Source: a virus (taxonomy: Duplodnaviria; Caudoviricetes). From it: a stretch of DNA of 37,980 nucleotides. The DNA lies in IMG/VR virus record IMGVR_UViG_3300020045_010481, positions 1 to 37,980 of that record. One strand, given 5' to 3'. The first letter of the stretch is position 1. Each line of letters starts with the position of its first letter. The position numbers and the translations under genes were made by a program. Below the pieces are notes generated by a model that saw nothing but the letters and a program-made list of their open reading frames with translations, ran no database searches and was not told where the DNA came from. Positions 19,946 to 29,458 of the stretch are shown piece by piece.

Positions 19946-21089
19946 AATAGAAATACTCCCAAAAAGTTACAAAACTCATGGAGTAGTTTCAGAAATTTAT
20001 TATTATGTTTTAGAAATAGATGGTGATATTAATTTCATAAAACCTAAAGATTTTTATATAGGAGAATTTAAAAATCATGTATTTTTTACAAGTAATAGAA
20101 AATTTTTATTACAATGTGATGAAGCATTAAAATCATTAGAAATATTTGATATAAATTTCTTTACAAAGGAGAAATTAAAGAAATTTGATAATTTTCCTAT
20201 ATATAAATTTCATTATTCAAAAAGTTATTCCGATGTTTGTAATATTAATTCAATTATCTCAATTCTGAAACATAAAGAATATTTTAAAGAATTATTCAAC
20301 AGTTATCCAAAAATAAATCTTGATGATTATTTGGAAGAGTATAAAGAATTTTATAACTTTAAATTCACAAACATATTCTCTGATTTAGAAAAATATCCTT
20401 TATTAATCAATAATGAATTTGTATTTAGTAATTATAATTTATACAATACATTTTCAAGACCAACAAACGTTTCAAATGGTATAAATTTCAACTCAATTTC
20501 GAAAGATTCTAAGATAAGAGAAAATATAACTCCTATAAATGATTACTTCATTGAGTTTGATTATTCTAATTATCAAATGAAATTGTTAGGTGATTTTATG
20601 GGTTACGAAATAAACCAAAATTTTTATGAAGAAATGTCTCATCTTTATGGTGTTGAAGAAAGAAAAGAAGCTAAAGACAAAACACTGTACTACTGTTATG
20701 GAGAAATAAAAGAGAACCCATATCCAAAAAACAAATTCTTCAAAAAGTTATTCGAATTAAAAGATTATTTAAGTGAAGAAGGTAATATATTTCAATCAGA
20801 AATTGGTGCTAAGAAAATAGAACTAAAAGGAAACTCAGGAGATTTAGCAAGAATAATGCAAATTATAGAAACTGAGAAAAATGCGTTAGTAATCGAAAAA
20901 ATTAATTCATTTCTTGAAACTAAAAGAAGTAAGATGTCGTTATACTCATACGATGCCTTCCTAATTGATTTTTCAGAAGATGATGGATATGATGTTTTTT
21001 TAAAATTAAAACAAATTATTGAATGTAATGGAGAAACAAAAGTAAAATGGGGGTACAACTATAAAAATTTAACCAAAATTGTATTATGA
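19938..21089 (+). CDS. Minimal family-A DNA polymerase-like protein (palm and fingers, reduced thumb, no recognisable exonuclease site)
   Basis: FSRPTN...INFNSI, motif A EFDYSNYQMKLL, motif B RKEAKDKTLYYCYG, IMQ, motif C LYSYDAFLIDF, C-terminal KWGYNY. Confidence 0.8.
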   Translation: MNKIEILPKSYKTHGVVSEIYYYVLEIDGDINFIKPKDFYIGEFKNHVFFTSNRKFLLQCDEALKSLEIFDINFFTKEKLKKFDNFPIYKFHYSKSYSDVCNINSIISILKHKEYFKELFNSYPKINLDDYLEEYKEFYNFKFTNIFSDLEKYPLLINNEFVFSNYNLYNTFSRPTNVSNGINFNSISKDSKIRENITPINDYFIEFDYSNYQMKLLGDFMGYEINQNFYEEMSHLYGVEERKEAKDKTLYYCYGEIKENPYPKNKFFKKLFELKDYLSEEGNIFQSEIGAKKIELKGNSGDLARIMQIIETEKNALVIEKINSFLETKRSKMSLYSYDAFLIDFSEDDGYDVFLKLKQIIECNGETKVKWGYNYKNLTKIVL

Positions 21090-21502
21090 TTCCTCCATCT
21101 ACATTTGAAAAAACAAAATTATTCATTACCTTTGTAAAAAAAGAAGATTACAATCAAACTATCGAAGAAATAATTTCTAAATATGATGTACATTTCAAAA
21201 ATATATTTGTATTTGAAAACTCTGAAAATCAAAATGAATATATTCTATCTTATTCAATTAATTGTGATAACATTTCAAGTTTACCTCCTTACACTATGGC
21301 AGTTCATAGAAAAGGAAAAAATGAGAATGGTGAAAACGTAAATGTTATGTACACATTAAATGGATTAAACTTTCTAAAGAATCTAATAGGTAAAGAACAA
21401 GTTGATTGGAGCGATTATAAAAACTCTATAATTTTGGTATCTCCCGAAAAATCTTTGAGAGTAATTGAAACAAAAATATTCAAAATAATTAAAACACAAT
21501 AA
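21086..21502 (+). CDS. Hypothetical protein translationally coupled to the PolA-like gene
   Basis: ATGA overlap; KLFITF, AVHRK, MYTLNGLN, VDWSDYKNSIIL. Confidence 0.7.
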   Translation: MIPPSTFEKTKLFITFVKKEDYNQTIEEIISKYDVHFKNIFVFENSENQNEYILSYSINCDNISSLPPYTMAVHRKGKNENGENVNVMYTLNGLNFLKNLIGKEQVDWSDYKNSIILVSPEKSLRVIETKIFKIIKTQ

Positions 21503-21514
21503 ACAAAAAGTAAT

Positions 21515-22642
21515 ATGTCGTCAAAATGGGGTGCTTTAAAAGCAAAATTAAACAGTAAAGGTGGTGAAAAAAATGCTACCAAGAATATTTGGAAACCAAA
21601 ACTCGGAAAGAATAGAATTCGTGTTGTAGATTTTCCAAAAAATGAAGATGGTGAATATATTTTTGATTGGGTAGGAGAATTTGCTCCTTTCTTTGAATTA
21701 ATTCTTCATAAAAATCAAACAGTATTTCCTTATAAACAATTCAATGGGAAAAGAGTTGTTAATAATCTTACATTTGGTAATAATGACTTTATTGATGGAG
21801 AAAGAAATGAATGTTTCAATTCATCTGATAAACAATTAAAAGAATTCTCTAAAAAACTAATGTCTGATACAAGATGGGTTATTCCTATGATTGACAGAAA
21901 AGCAGATGAAAATAAAGTTGAATTCTTATTATTAAATCAAGAACAATTCAATCAGTTTCTTTCTGCAATTGAAGATGAAGATAATTCAGATGATGAAAAT
22001 ACGGAATATTATGATATTGCTAATTTGAAAAAAGGTTGGGATATTAATTTTTCAACAGAAGAAAAAGAATTTCCAACATCTAATGGAGGAAAAGGAAAAT
22101 TCAATGATATTGTTGGATTCAAGATGGCAAAAGAATCTTCTCCTTTGGGAAGTAAAGAAGAAATTGAAGAAATTTATGAAAATTTCCCTGATTTATTCGA
22201 AGACTTTGTTGTAATGAAAAATTCTGAAATGAAAAAAGCGTATGAAAAATATGTGAGTGGAATTGATGAAGACGATGATGATGAAGATGAAGATTATTCT
22301 TATAATAAAAAATCTTCTAAGAAAAAACCTACAAAGTATGAAGAAGATGATGACGATGATGCTCCAAAAAAATCTTCTAAGAAAAACCCATTAAAAGATG
22401 AGGAAGAAGAGGAAGAGGAAGAAGACGATGCTCCTAAGAAATCTTTTAAGAAAAAAGTGGTAGTTGAAAAGGATGAAGATGATGATGAAGAATTATCTCC
22501 AAAGAAATCTTCTAAGAAAAAACCATTAAAAGATGAGGAAGAAGAGGAAGAGGAAGAAGACGATGCTCCTAAGGCTAAGAAAAAAACACAAGCAGACTTC
22601 AAAAATCTTGTGAAAACTTCAAAAAGAAAAATTGAAGAGTAA
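21515..22642 (+). CDS. gp32: Single-stranded DNA-binding protein, gp32-like, with long charged tail
   Basis: IWKPKLGKNRIRVV, YYDIANLKKGWDI, ESSPLG; directly upstream of uvsX. Confidence 0.75.
   Translation: MSSKWGALKAKLNSKGGEKNATKNIWKPKLGKNRIRVVDFPKNEDGEYIFDWVGEFAPFFELILHKNQTVFPYKQFNGKRVVNNLTFGNNDFIDGERNECFNSSDKQLKEFSKKLMSDTRWVIPMIDRKADENKVEFLLLNQEQFNQFLSAIEDEDNSDDENTEYYDIANLKKGWDINFSTEEKEFPTSNGGKGKFNDIVGFKMAKESSPLGSKEEIEEIYENFPDLFEDFVVMKNSEMKKAYEKYVSGIDEDDDDEDEDYSYNKKSSKKKPTKYEEDDDDDAPKKSSKKNPLKDEEEEEEEEDDAPKKSFKKKVVVEKDEDDDEELSPKKSSKKKPLKDEEEEEEEEDDAPKAKKKTQADFKNLVKTSKRKIEE
22370..22573 (+). repeat. Two 69-bp near-identical direct repeats in the SSB tail
   Basis: 22370-22438 and 22505-22573 differ at one base; both encode KSSKK(N/K)PLKDEEEEEEEEDDAPK. 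Confidence 0.9.
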
Positions 22643-22650
22643 TAAAATAA

Positions 22651-22680
22651 ATAATTAGGGAATTAAACCTCCCTAATTAT
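22651..22680 (+). terminator. Hairpin after the SSB gene
   Basis: ATAATTAGGGA-ATTAAACC-TCCCTAATTAT; weak T tail. Confidence 0.6.
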
Positions 22681-22715
22681 CTCCTACACAATATTATAAA
22701 TTTCTACACATTTTA

Positions 22716-23807
22716 ATGGCAAAAAAGAAAATTACAGTTGGTGAATTAGTTAATGAACCAATATCAAAAAAACTTTCTAAAAATTTAAAATATTCATTAG
22801 AGGATATTGATGAATTATTAGGATTTAAAGGTGAAGCAGATTCTATCAAGTGGAAACCTAATAGATATTTAATTGTAGATGAAGCAATTGAAAAGGCAGT
22901 AAACAGAAAGGGTTTTATTCAATTAGGTCACTCCCACATGGTTTTAGGAATGTCTGATACAGGAAAGTCTCAATTTTTAAATAAATGTGCAATTGCTTGT
23001 CAAAAGGAAAATATTCTTCCAATCTTCATTATCACTGAATTTAAGTTCTCATTCAATCACTTGATTAATATGGGGTTTGAAGCACAAGAAGAAGTTGATG
23101 AAGAAACAGGAGAAGTTTCTTATGGAGGAGATTATATTTTCAGAGATGCTTCAACATTATTAAGCATCGAAGATATTGCTAAATTCATGATGAACTGTAT
23201 AGATTTACAAAGAAAAGGAAAAATCAAAAGAGATATTTGTTTTCTTGTAGATACTTTTGGAAATTCACAATGTATCAAATCAATTGAAAGTAAGCAATCA
23301 AATGCTATGTGGGATGCACAAGCAATGAATCAACAATTTCATAAAGGAGTGACAAGAGAAATTTCTTTAACAAGAAAATCGACTCACCCTTTTACTACGA
23401 CATTGGTTGCTTTAAATCATGCGTGGACTAATAATAGAATTGGTGAATATATGTCTCCACCAACATTAGAACCTGCTTATGGTATGGGACTTTATAAAGG
23501 ATGTACTGCTGTTCTTCAAATGGGAGATGTCACCAAACAAGGCATTAGTATTGTGAAGGCTACCAAATCAGGAAAAGACTATGATTTTGGAAAAAGAATC
23601 AAAGTACAACTTAGAAAATGGCATGGTGATGAAACAACAGTTCGTGCAAAAGTTATTATTGTAGATGAAGGATTCATTGAAGATACAAAAGAAGCAGTTG
23701 CAGAATATGTCAAAGAACATTCTAAGAAATGGGTTAAAAACATGGGATTAGATTCTAATACCGAAATAACCATGAAAGATGTTGCGTATGACGAAGATGA
23801 TGATTAA
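22716..23807 (+). CDS. uvsX: RecA/UvsX-like recombinase
   Basis: Walker A GMSDTGKS, FIITE, FLVDTFG, LVALNHAW, PAYGMGLY; adjacent to the SSB gene. Confidence 0.85.
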   Translation: MAKKKITVGELVNEPISKKLSKNLKYSLEDIDELLGFKGEADSIKWKPNRYLIVDEAIEKAVNRKGFIQLGHSHMVLGMSDTGKSQFLNKCAIACQKENILPIFIITEFKFSFNHLINMGFEAQEEVDEETGEVSYGGDYIFRDASTLLSIEDIAKFMMNCIDLQRKGKIKRDICFLVDTFGNSQCIKSIESKQSNAMWDAQAMNQQFHKGVTREISLTRKSTHPFTTTLVALNHAWTNNRIGEYMSPPTLEPAYGMGLYKGCTAVLQMGDVTKQGISIVKATKSGKDYDFGKRIKVQLRKWHGDETTVRAKVIIVDEGFIEDTKEAVAEYVKEHSKKWVKNMGLDSNTEITMKDVAYDEDDD

Positions 23808-23809
23808 TT

Positions 23810-23842
23810 AATTGGGGGAAATAATTCTCCCAATTTTTATTT
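23810..23842 (+). terminator. Terminator after the recombinase gene
   Basis: AATTGGGGGAA-ATAA-TTCTCCCAATT then T-rich tail. Confidence 0.7.
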
Positions 23843-23851
23843 AAAACAATT

Positions 23852-24883
23852 ATGTCGAACTTAAAAGAATTATTACTAAAAAAACTTCATTCGAAGGAAT
23901 CAAATCCAACAGAACCATCCGAAAACATCGTAATTATAGATGCTATGAATCTATTTCATAGGAATATTTCAACAAATCTTTCATTAGATTTGAATGGAAA
24001 TCATATTGGAGGTATAGTTGGGACATTAAACAGTTTGTATTCTATTATTAGAAAATTCAAACCTTCAAAAATAATAATTTGTTTTGAAGGAGATAATTCG
24101 ACAGATAGAAGAAAATCAATTTTCAAATATTATAAAGGAAATAGAGAAGGAAAAGGAGTTTGTAATAGAAAAGTATTCTTTTCAGAGGAAGAATCTGATG
24201 AAAGTTTTAATTATCAACTCTTAACTCTTATAACAATTCTCCAAAATTTCCCTGTTCTTTTGATTTCTCAGGAGTTTTTAGAAGCAGATGATACAATCGG
24301 TTACATAGCTTCAAAATCGTCTCTTAAATCGAAGAATTTGATGATTATTTCTAATGATGGGGATTATCTGCAACTTGTCAATGATAATGTGAAAGTTTAT
24401 AATCCAATGTCTAAGATTTTGTTTAATCCTGTTGAAATATTTAATAAATATGAGTTAAATCATAAGAATTTTCTTCTTTATAAAACATTAATAGGTGACA
24501 TAAGTGATAATATTCCAAATGTTAAAGGAATTCAATTGAAAACATTATTAAAGATGTGTCCTCAAATATCAACTAATGAAATAAGTCATGAAGAATTTTA
24601 TAAATTTTGTGAAGAAAAGTCAAAAGAGAAGAAATCATTAAAAGTTTATAAAGAAGTTTCTGAAAATATTGAATTGATTGAACTTAATAAAAAACTAATG
24701 AATTTAAGTGATTTCAAATTATCAAATATTGAAGCTATGGAAATTGAGGAAAAATTAAATCAAGAAATTTCAATGGATTTTAAAAAATGTGTAACAAAAT
24801 GTTCAAAATTTCAGAATCATTTATTTGTAAGTCCTATGAATTTCATTTCTGAATTCTCTTATCTTTGTAATGATGGAAAGTAA
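23852..24883 (+). CDS. 5'-3' exonuclease/flap endonuclease (T4 RNase H-like)
   Basis: IIDAMNLFHR, YKGNR, EADDTIGY, ISNDGDYLQL, GDISDNIPNVKGI. Confidence 0.92.
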   Translation: MSNLKELLLKKLHSKESNPTEPSENIVIIDAMNLFHRNISTNLSLDLNGNHIGGIVGTLNSLYSIIRKFKPSKIIICFEGDNSTDRRKSIFKYYKGNREGKGVCNRKVFFSEEESDESFNYQLLTLITILQNFPVLLISQEFLEADDTIGYIASKSSLKSKNLMIISNDGDYLQLVNDNVKVYNPMSKILFNPVEIFNKYELNHKNFLLYKTLIGDISDNIPNVKGIQLKTLLKMCPQISTNEISHEEFYKFCEEKSKEKKSLKVYKEVSENIELIELNKKLMNLSDFKLSNIEAMEIEEKLNQEISMDFKKCVTKCSKFQNHLFVSPMNFISEFSYLCNDGK

Positions 24884-25289
24884 TGTTAAATTCAATGATA
24901 AAAATAAGTTCTTTTTGTTAATTGTAGATAAAAAATACAATTTTGTTGAAAAGAAAATAATATATGGTTATAATCTTGAACAATTGAAAGATAATATTGT
25001 TGGAATTTCTTATATAGTGAGTGCTTATTACTCAAATTTGAATGGTATGATTTATTATGAAGATTATCATCTTGAAAGAGATTCAAATATCAAAAAAGTT
25101 CTAAAAAACAGAATATTTGATGATGAAACTAAGTGCAACATGAAATTAAAACAGTATCAATATGAATTTTCAGAAGAAAGAAAACAGATTTTGAGTGATT
25201 CTAAGAGTTTCATAAAAAGAAACGGAGGAAATTTAATAAATGAAGAATTGTTGTTCCAAGCAAATTCAGAACATTGGAGATTTAATTAA
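24870..25289 (+). CDS. Hypothetical protein
   Basis: 139-aa ORF in operon context; no motif recognised. Confidence 0.55.
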   Translation: MMESNVKFNDKNKFFLLIVDKKYNFVEKKIIYGYNLEQLKDNIVGISYIVSAYYSNLNGMIYYEDYHLERDSNIKKVLKNRIFDDETKCNMKLKQYQYEFSEERKQILSDSKSFIKRNGGNLINEELLFQANSEHWRFN

Positions 25290-25310
25290 AATTTTAAAAA
25301 ATAATATAAA

Positions 25311-25994
25311 ATGATTAATAAAATAATACATGGAGATTGCCTAATTGAAATGAAAAAAATTGGTAATCAATCAATTGATTTAATTTTAACAGACCCACCA
25401 TACAATATTGCAAGAAAAAATAATTTTCATACAATGGGGAGAGCAGGTATAGATTTTGGTGAATGGGATAAGGGATTTGACCTATTCTCATATATAGATG
25501 AAATACCACGAATACTTTCTAAAAATGGTAGTGTAATTATATTCAATGATTGGAAGAATATTGGAGAAATTGCGAGATATTGTGAATCTGTTGGATTAGA
25601 GATAAAAGATATGTTGAGATGGGTCAAGTCAAATCCTATGCCAAGAAATAGAGATAGGAGATATATAACTGATTATGAAACTGCAATATGGTGTGTCAAT
25701 AAAAAATCAAAGTGGACTTTTAACAGACAAGATTCTACTTATCAAAGACCAGAATTCAAGGGTTCATTGACACCACAAAGTGAAAAAACTGAACATATGA
25801 CTCAAAAACCACTTTGGTTAATGAGAGATATTTTAAAAATACACTCAAACGAGAATGATTTGGTATTGGATATGTTTGCAGGAAGTGGGACAACAGGTGT
25901 TGCTTGCAAAGAAATGAATAGACAATTTATAATGATTGAGAAAGAGTTAAATTATTTTGATATGATGAAAAATAGATTGAATGATTCATTATAA
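25311..25994 (+). CDS. DNA N6-adenine/N4-cytosine methyltransferase (beta class), apparently orphan
   Basis: GDCL, DLILTDPPY, H.TQKP, VLDMFAGSGTTGVA. Confidence 0.93.
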   Translation: MINKIIHGDCLIEMKKIGNQSIDLILTDPPYNIARKNNFHTMGRAGIDFGEWDKGFDLFSYIDEIPRILSKNGSVIIFNDWKNIGEIARYCESVGLEIKDMLRWVKSNPMPRNRDRRYITDYETAIWCVNKKSKWTFNRQDSTYQRPEFKGSLTPQSEKTEHMTQKPLWLMRDILKIHSNENDLVLDMFAGSGTTGVACKEMNRQFIMIEKELNYFDMMKNRLNDSL

Positions 25995-26023
25995 CTTAAT
26001 TAAAATTTAAAAAATAATACAAG

Positions 26024-27355
26024 ATGAGTTTTGAAAAATTAGAAGAATACGATGATGAATTCATTGTAAAGTTACTTTATTGTTTAATCACTGATAAAGA
26101 TTATCTATATTTGATGTATGATTCAATTGATGTCAAATATTTTGATGAATCTGCTCAACAATGGATTGTAAATGAAGTTTTAAAATATTATAAAACATAT
26201 AATTCAAATCCTTCGAGTGATTATTTCTCAACAGAAGTCAAGAAATTCAAAAATCTTGATGAAAAAAACAAACCAATAGTTAGAGAGATTAATGAAATCC
26301 TTAAAAGAGTATTTGAGGAAGAATTCGAAGAAGTTGATTATGTTAAAGAAGAATTTAAGAATTTCATCAGAGAAAAGGCTGTAATTAATTCTATTTTAGA
26401 ATCTGTTGATTTAGCAAAAGCAGGAATGTTCGATGAATTACTAATTAAAATTGAAAGTGCTTCAAGAATTGGTGAGAAAAATGAAATTGATTTTAATTAT
26501 AAAGGTGATTTAGAGAGTAGATATAGTGAAGCAGATAAGAAAATTCTTCCATTTCCATTTGAAGAGTGGAATGAAATAACAAATGGAGGAATGAGAGTTG
26601 GAGACTTAATATTATTCTTTGCACCACAAGGAATTGGTAAATCTTGGCTTAGTGTAATTTGTGCGGATTATTTATTGAAAAATGGATATAATGTCGTATA
26701 TTTCACCCTTGAACTTGATTCTGAATATGTTGCAAGAAGATTTGATGCTACTGCTTCGGGAATTGCTTTGAATAAATTGAGTCAGAATTTGAATAAGGTT
26801 GAAGAAGCTATTGAAGATTATACAGGTGAATTGACAATCAAACGTCTTAAAGGTAAATCTCGTAGATGGAGCGTTGTTAAGAAAATTTTGAATAGATACA
26901 AGAAAGAAGGTAAGAAAATAGACTTGTTAATCATTGATTATATTGACTTATTAAAATATGATGAAGGTGGTAATAAAGATGTTGACTCTTCTGAGGAATT
27001 ATTTAATGAAGTAAGAGATTTTGGTTCTGAAAGTGGTTATCCAATTATATCTCCTGCTCAAATTAATCGAGCAGGTTCAAAAGATAGAGTTATTGAGAAT
27101 GATAAAATGTCAGGAAGTTTTAAAAAAGGTATGATTGCTGATATTTCAATCTCACTAAGTAGAACAAATGAAGATAAATTGGATAATTTAGGAGTTACAC
27201 ATTGGCAGAAAAATAGATATGGATATGATGGAATGTCTCAACAAATTTATTTAGATACTTCTTGTGGAAAAATGGAAATCTTAGGAGATTTCGTTGAAAA
27301 AAAATCTGACAACAGTTCATTAAAACAAAAATTAAAAAATAATTATAATAGTTGA
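26024..27355 (+). CDS. dnaB: Replicative DnaB/gp41-like helicase
   Basis: APQGIGKS, YFTLEL, LIIDYIDLL, SPAQINR, KNRYG. Confidence 0.92.
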   Translation: MSFEKLEEYDDEFIVKLLYCLITDKDYLYLMYDSIDVKYFDESAQQWIVNEVLKYYKTYNSNPSSDYFSTEVKKFKNLDEKNKPIVREINEILKRVFEEEFEEVDYVKEEFKNFIREKAVINSILESVDLAKAGMFDELLIKIESASRIGEKNEIDFNYKGDLESRYSEADKKILPFPFEEWNEITNGGMRVGDLILFFAPQGIGKSWLSVICADYLLKNGYNVVYFTLELDSEYVARRFDATASGIALNKLSQNLNKVEEAIEDYTGELTIKRLKGKSRRWSVVKKILNRYKKEGKKIDLLIIDYIDLLKYDEGGNKDVDSSEELFNEVRDFGSESGYPIISPAQINRAGSKDRVIENDKMSGSFKKGMIADISISLSRTNEDKLDNLGVTHWQKNRYGYDGMSQQIYLDTSCGKMEILGDFVEKKSDNSSLKQKLKNNYNS

Positions 27356-27356
27356 T

Positions 27357-28073
27357 ATGGAAAATTCACAAATACTCTTAGATGATAATATATTGAATCT
27401 ATATATGTTCGGAAGTCGAGTTTATGGAACAAATAATGAAAATTCTGATTATGATATGATTGGAATTGTAGAAAATCCTGTTATATCAGATGACATTAAT
27501 GTAAAATATTTCACTGTAACAGAATTCCAAAATTTAGTTGATAACCATGATATACAAGCATTGGAATGTTTATTCTTACATGATAAGTTTAAGTTAAAAG
27601 AAACTTTAAAAGAACACTTTGTTTTCAATCTTAATAAAAATGTTTTAAGAAAATCAATTTCAACGGTATCTAATGGTAGTTGGGTTAAGGGTAAAAAGAA
27701 ACTAACTGTTATGGCAGATTATGATAAAGAATTAGCCTTAAAAAGTTTATTTCATTCAATCAGAATTTTAAATTTTGGAATCCAAATTGCAGTTGCAGGA
27801 CATATATTTGACTATTCGAAAGTAAATTGGTTATTATCAGACCTAAAGAAAATGGGTACTCAATTTGAATATGAACAATTATGGAATAAAATTGATGAAA
27901 AGTATAGGGAATTTAGAAATAATATGAGTACAAATTTTAAGTCAAGTTGTCCTAAATTTACTTCAAATAATGTTCCTATTCAAACTAAATTAGGAAATTT
28001 ATTAATTGAAAATGGAATTTTTGATTCATTATTGGTACATAAAATAATAAAATTGTTTGATGAATATGAATAA
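27357..28073 (+). CDS. Pol-beta superfamily nucleotidyltransferase
   Basis: YMFGSRVYGTNNENSDYD; helical C-terminus KSLFHSIR. Confidence 0.85.
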   Translation: MENSQILLDDNILNLYMFGSRVYGTNNENSDYDMIGIVENPVISDDINVKYFTVTEFQNLVDNHDIQALECLFLHDKFKLKETLKEHFVFNLNKNVLRKSISTVSNGSWVKGKKKLTVMADYDKELALKSLFHSIRILNFGIQIAVAGHIFDYSKVNWLLSDLKKMGTQFEYEQLWNKIDEKYREFRNNMSTNFKSSCPKFTSNNVPIQTKLGNLLIENGIFDSLLVHKIIKLFDEYE

Positions 28074-28758
28074 TCCATTAGCAAGTTTCGTTTGTTTGAC
28101 ATATAAACGTCCGACATTATTAAATGAACTATTGTATTGTTTTTTAAATCAAACATACGAAAATAAAGAACTAATAATTGTTAATGATGAATATAATGTC
28201 GAATATGTATTTGATGATGAAAGAGTTAAGATATACAATATAAAAGAAAGATTCTCATCTCTTAGTGAAAAGAGAAATTTTTCGAGAAGTATTGTTAATG
28301 GTGATTATATTTTTATTACAGATGATGATGATATATTTTACACAAATCACGTATCAAAATTATTAAAATATCATTCATATAATAACCATTATGACATTGT
28401 ATTCAATAAAATAGCACATTATTCAGTTCATAATGAGAATATTTCAGACATTATTCAACAAGTCGCATTTAATGGTTCTTCAATAAAGAGAGAATATTAT
28501 TTGAACAATTCTTTTCCAATAGAAGTTAGTTGTGGCGAAGACCAAGAATTCATAAAAAATGCTAAAATTCTTGGAATTGAATATGAAGAACCAACATTTC
28601 ATTATAGATGGGGATTAAACATTCATCATATATCGGGAATGGGAGGAGATGGAAAAGAATCATATCAAATCTATGGAAAATTGAATGAAAATGTCGAACA
28701 AAAAACAATTATATTAGAACCAAAATTGTTAAAATTAACACAATTATACTATAAATAA
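28063..28758 (+). CDS. Glycosyltransferase family 2 (GT-A); ATG 28063 likely
   Basis: VCLTYKR, NQTY..KELIIVND, KRN, YIFITDDDD, GED. Confidence 0.88.
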   Translation, partial: NMNNPLASFVCLTYKRPTLLNELLYCFLNQTYENKELIIVNDEYNVEYVFDDERVKIYNIKERFSSLSEKRNFSRSIVNGDYIFITDDDDIFYTNHVSKLLKYHSYNNHYDIVFNKIAHYSVHNENISDIIQQVAFNGSSIKREYYLNNSFPIEVSCGEDQEFIKNAKILGIEYEEPTFHYRWGLNIHHISGMGGDGKESYQIYGKLNENVEQKTIILEPKLLKLTQLYYK

Positions 28759-28760
28759 TT

Positions 28761-29435
28761 ATGAACATTCACATAACAAAGTCCCAACACGAATATTTAC
28801 AAAAATTTGTAATACAAACATTCAAAATTGGAAGCCATCTTTATGGAACTAATAATGAAAATTCGGACTTAGATTTATTGTGCATATATGAACCAAATAA
28901 GTCTGATTTGTATCGGATTAATGAATTCATTATTACACATCAATTGCAATACAAAGACGTTGACAATAACATTGATTATATTTATTCAACAATTAATCAA
29001 TATCATTGGAATCAAAGAAGTGGTGAATCAACAATTAATAGTGATGTGATGTTATTTTCTAATTATTTACTCACGGATGCTTGTTTTACGTATAAAGTGA
29101 TTAAAGGATATTTAGGAATGGCTAAACGGGATTTGAAGCAATATAAGGAGGGAACACATAAACTGATTCATACTAAACGTGGACTCTATTGTGCTGAAAT
29201 GTTAATGATGAGACAATTACCATCATTGGATGTAATTAGAACTTTTTATAACATTGACCATGATGTTAATGAATTAATTGAATTGGAGAAAAAATTGAGA
29301 AGTAAATTAACAGATATGTTCAATAAAGATGAAATAAAAATGTATTATATTCCTGAGATTTATGATGAAGATAATGACGAGGGAGTATTTCAATTATTGT
29401 TAAATTCAAAGAATACAAAAGAATTCAGATATTAA
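28761..29435 (+). CDS. Second Pol-beta superfamily nucleotidyltransferase (RlaP/T4 NrdC.11-like)
   Basis: IGSHLYGTNNENSDLDLLCIY; KGYLGMA; KLIHTKR. Confidence 0.85.
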   Translation: MNIHITKSQHEYLQKFVIQTFKIGSHLYGTNNENSDLDLLCIYEPNKSDLYRINEFIITHQLQYKDVDNNIDYIYSTINQYHWNQRSGESTINSDVMLFSNYLLTDACFTYKVIKGYLGMAKRDLKQYKEGTHKLIHTKRGLYCAEMLMMRQLPSLDVIRTFYNIDHDVNELIELEKKLRSKLTDMFNKDEIKMYYIPEIYDEDNDEGVFQLLLNSKNTKEFRY

Positions 29436-29450
29436 TAATTAAAAAAATTG

Positions 29451-29458
29451 ATATTTAT
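29451..29458 (+). promoter_or_regulatory. ATATTTAT motif upstream of nrdB
   Basis: Same octamer as before structural genes; intergenic if nrdB starts at 29493. Confidence 0.45.

Noticed and set aside
22300-22580. CRISPR-like array
   Set aside because: The repeats are in-frame coding low-complexity sequence, without unique spacers of regular length or cas genes.
27357-29435. CBASS cyclase or MNT-HEPN toxin-antitoxin call for the NTases
   Set aside because: Too short for typical CD-NTases, and no effector or separate HEPN toxin is adjacent; the signature fits RlaP/NrdC.11-like enzymes better.
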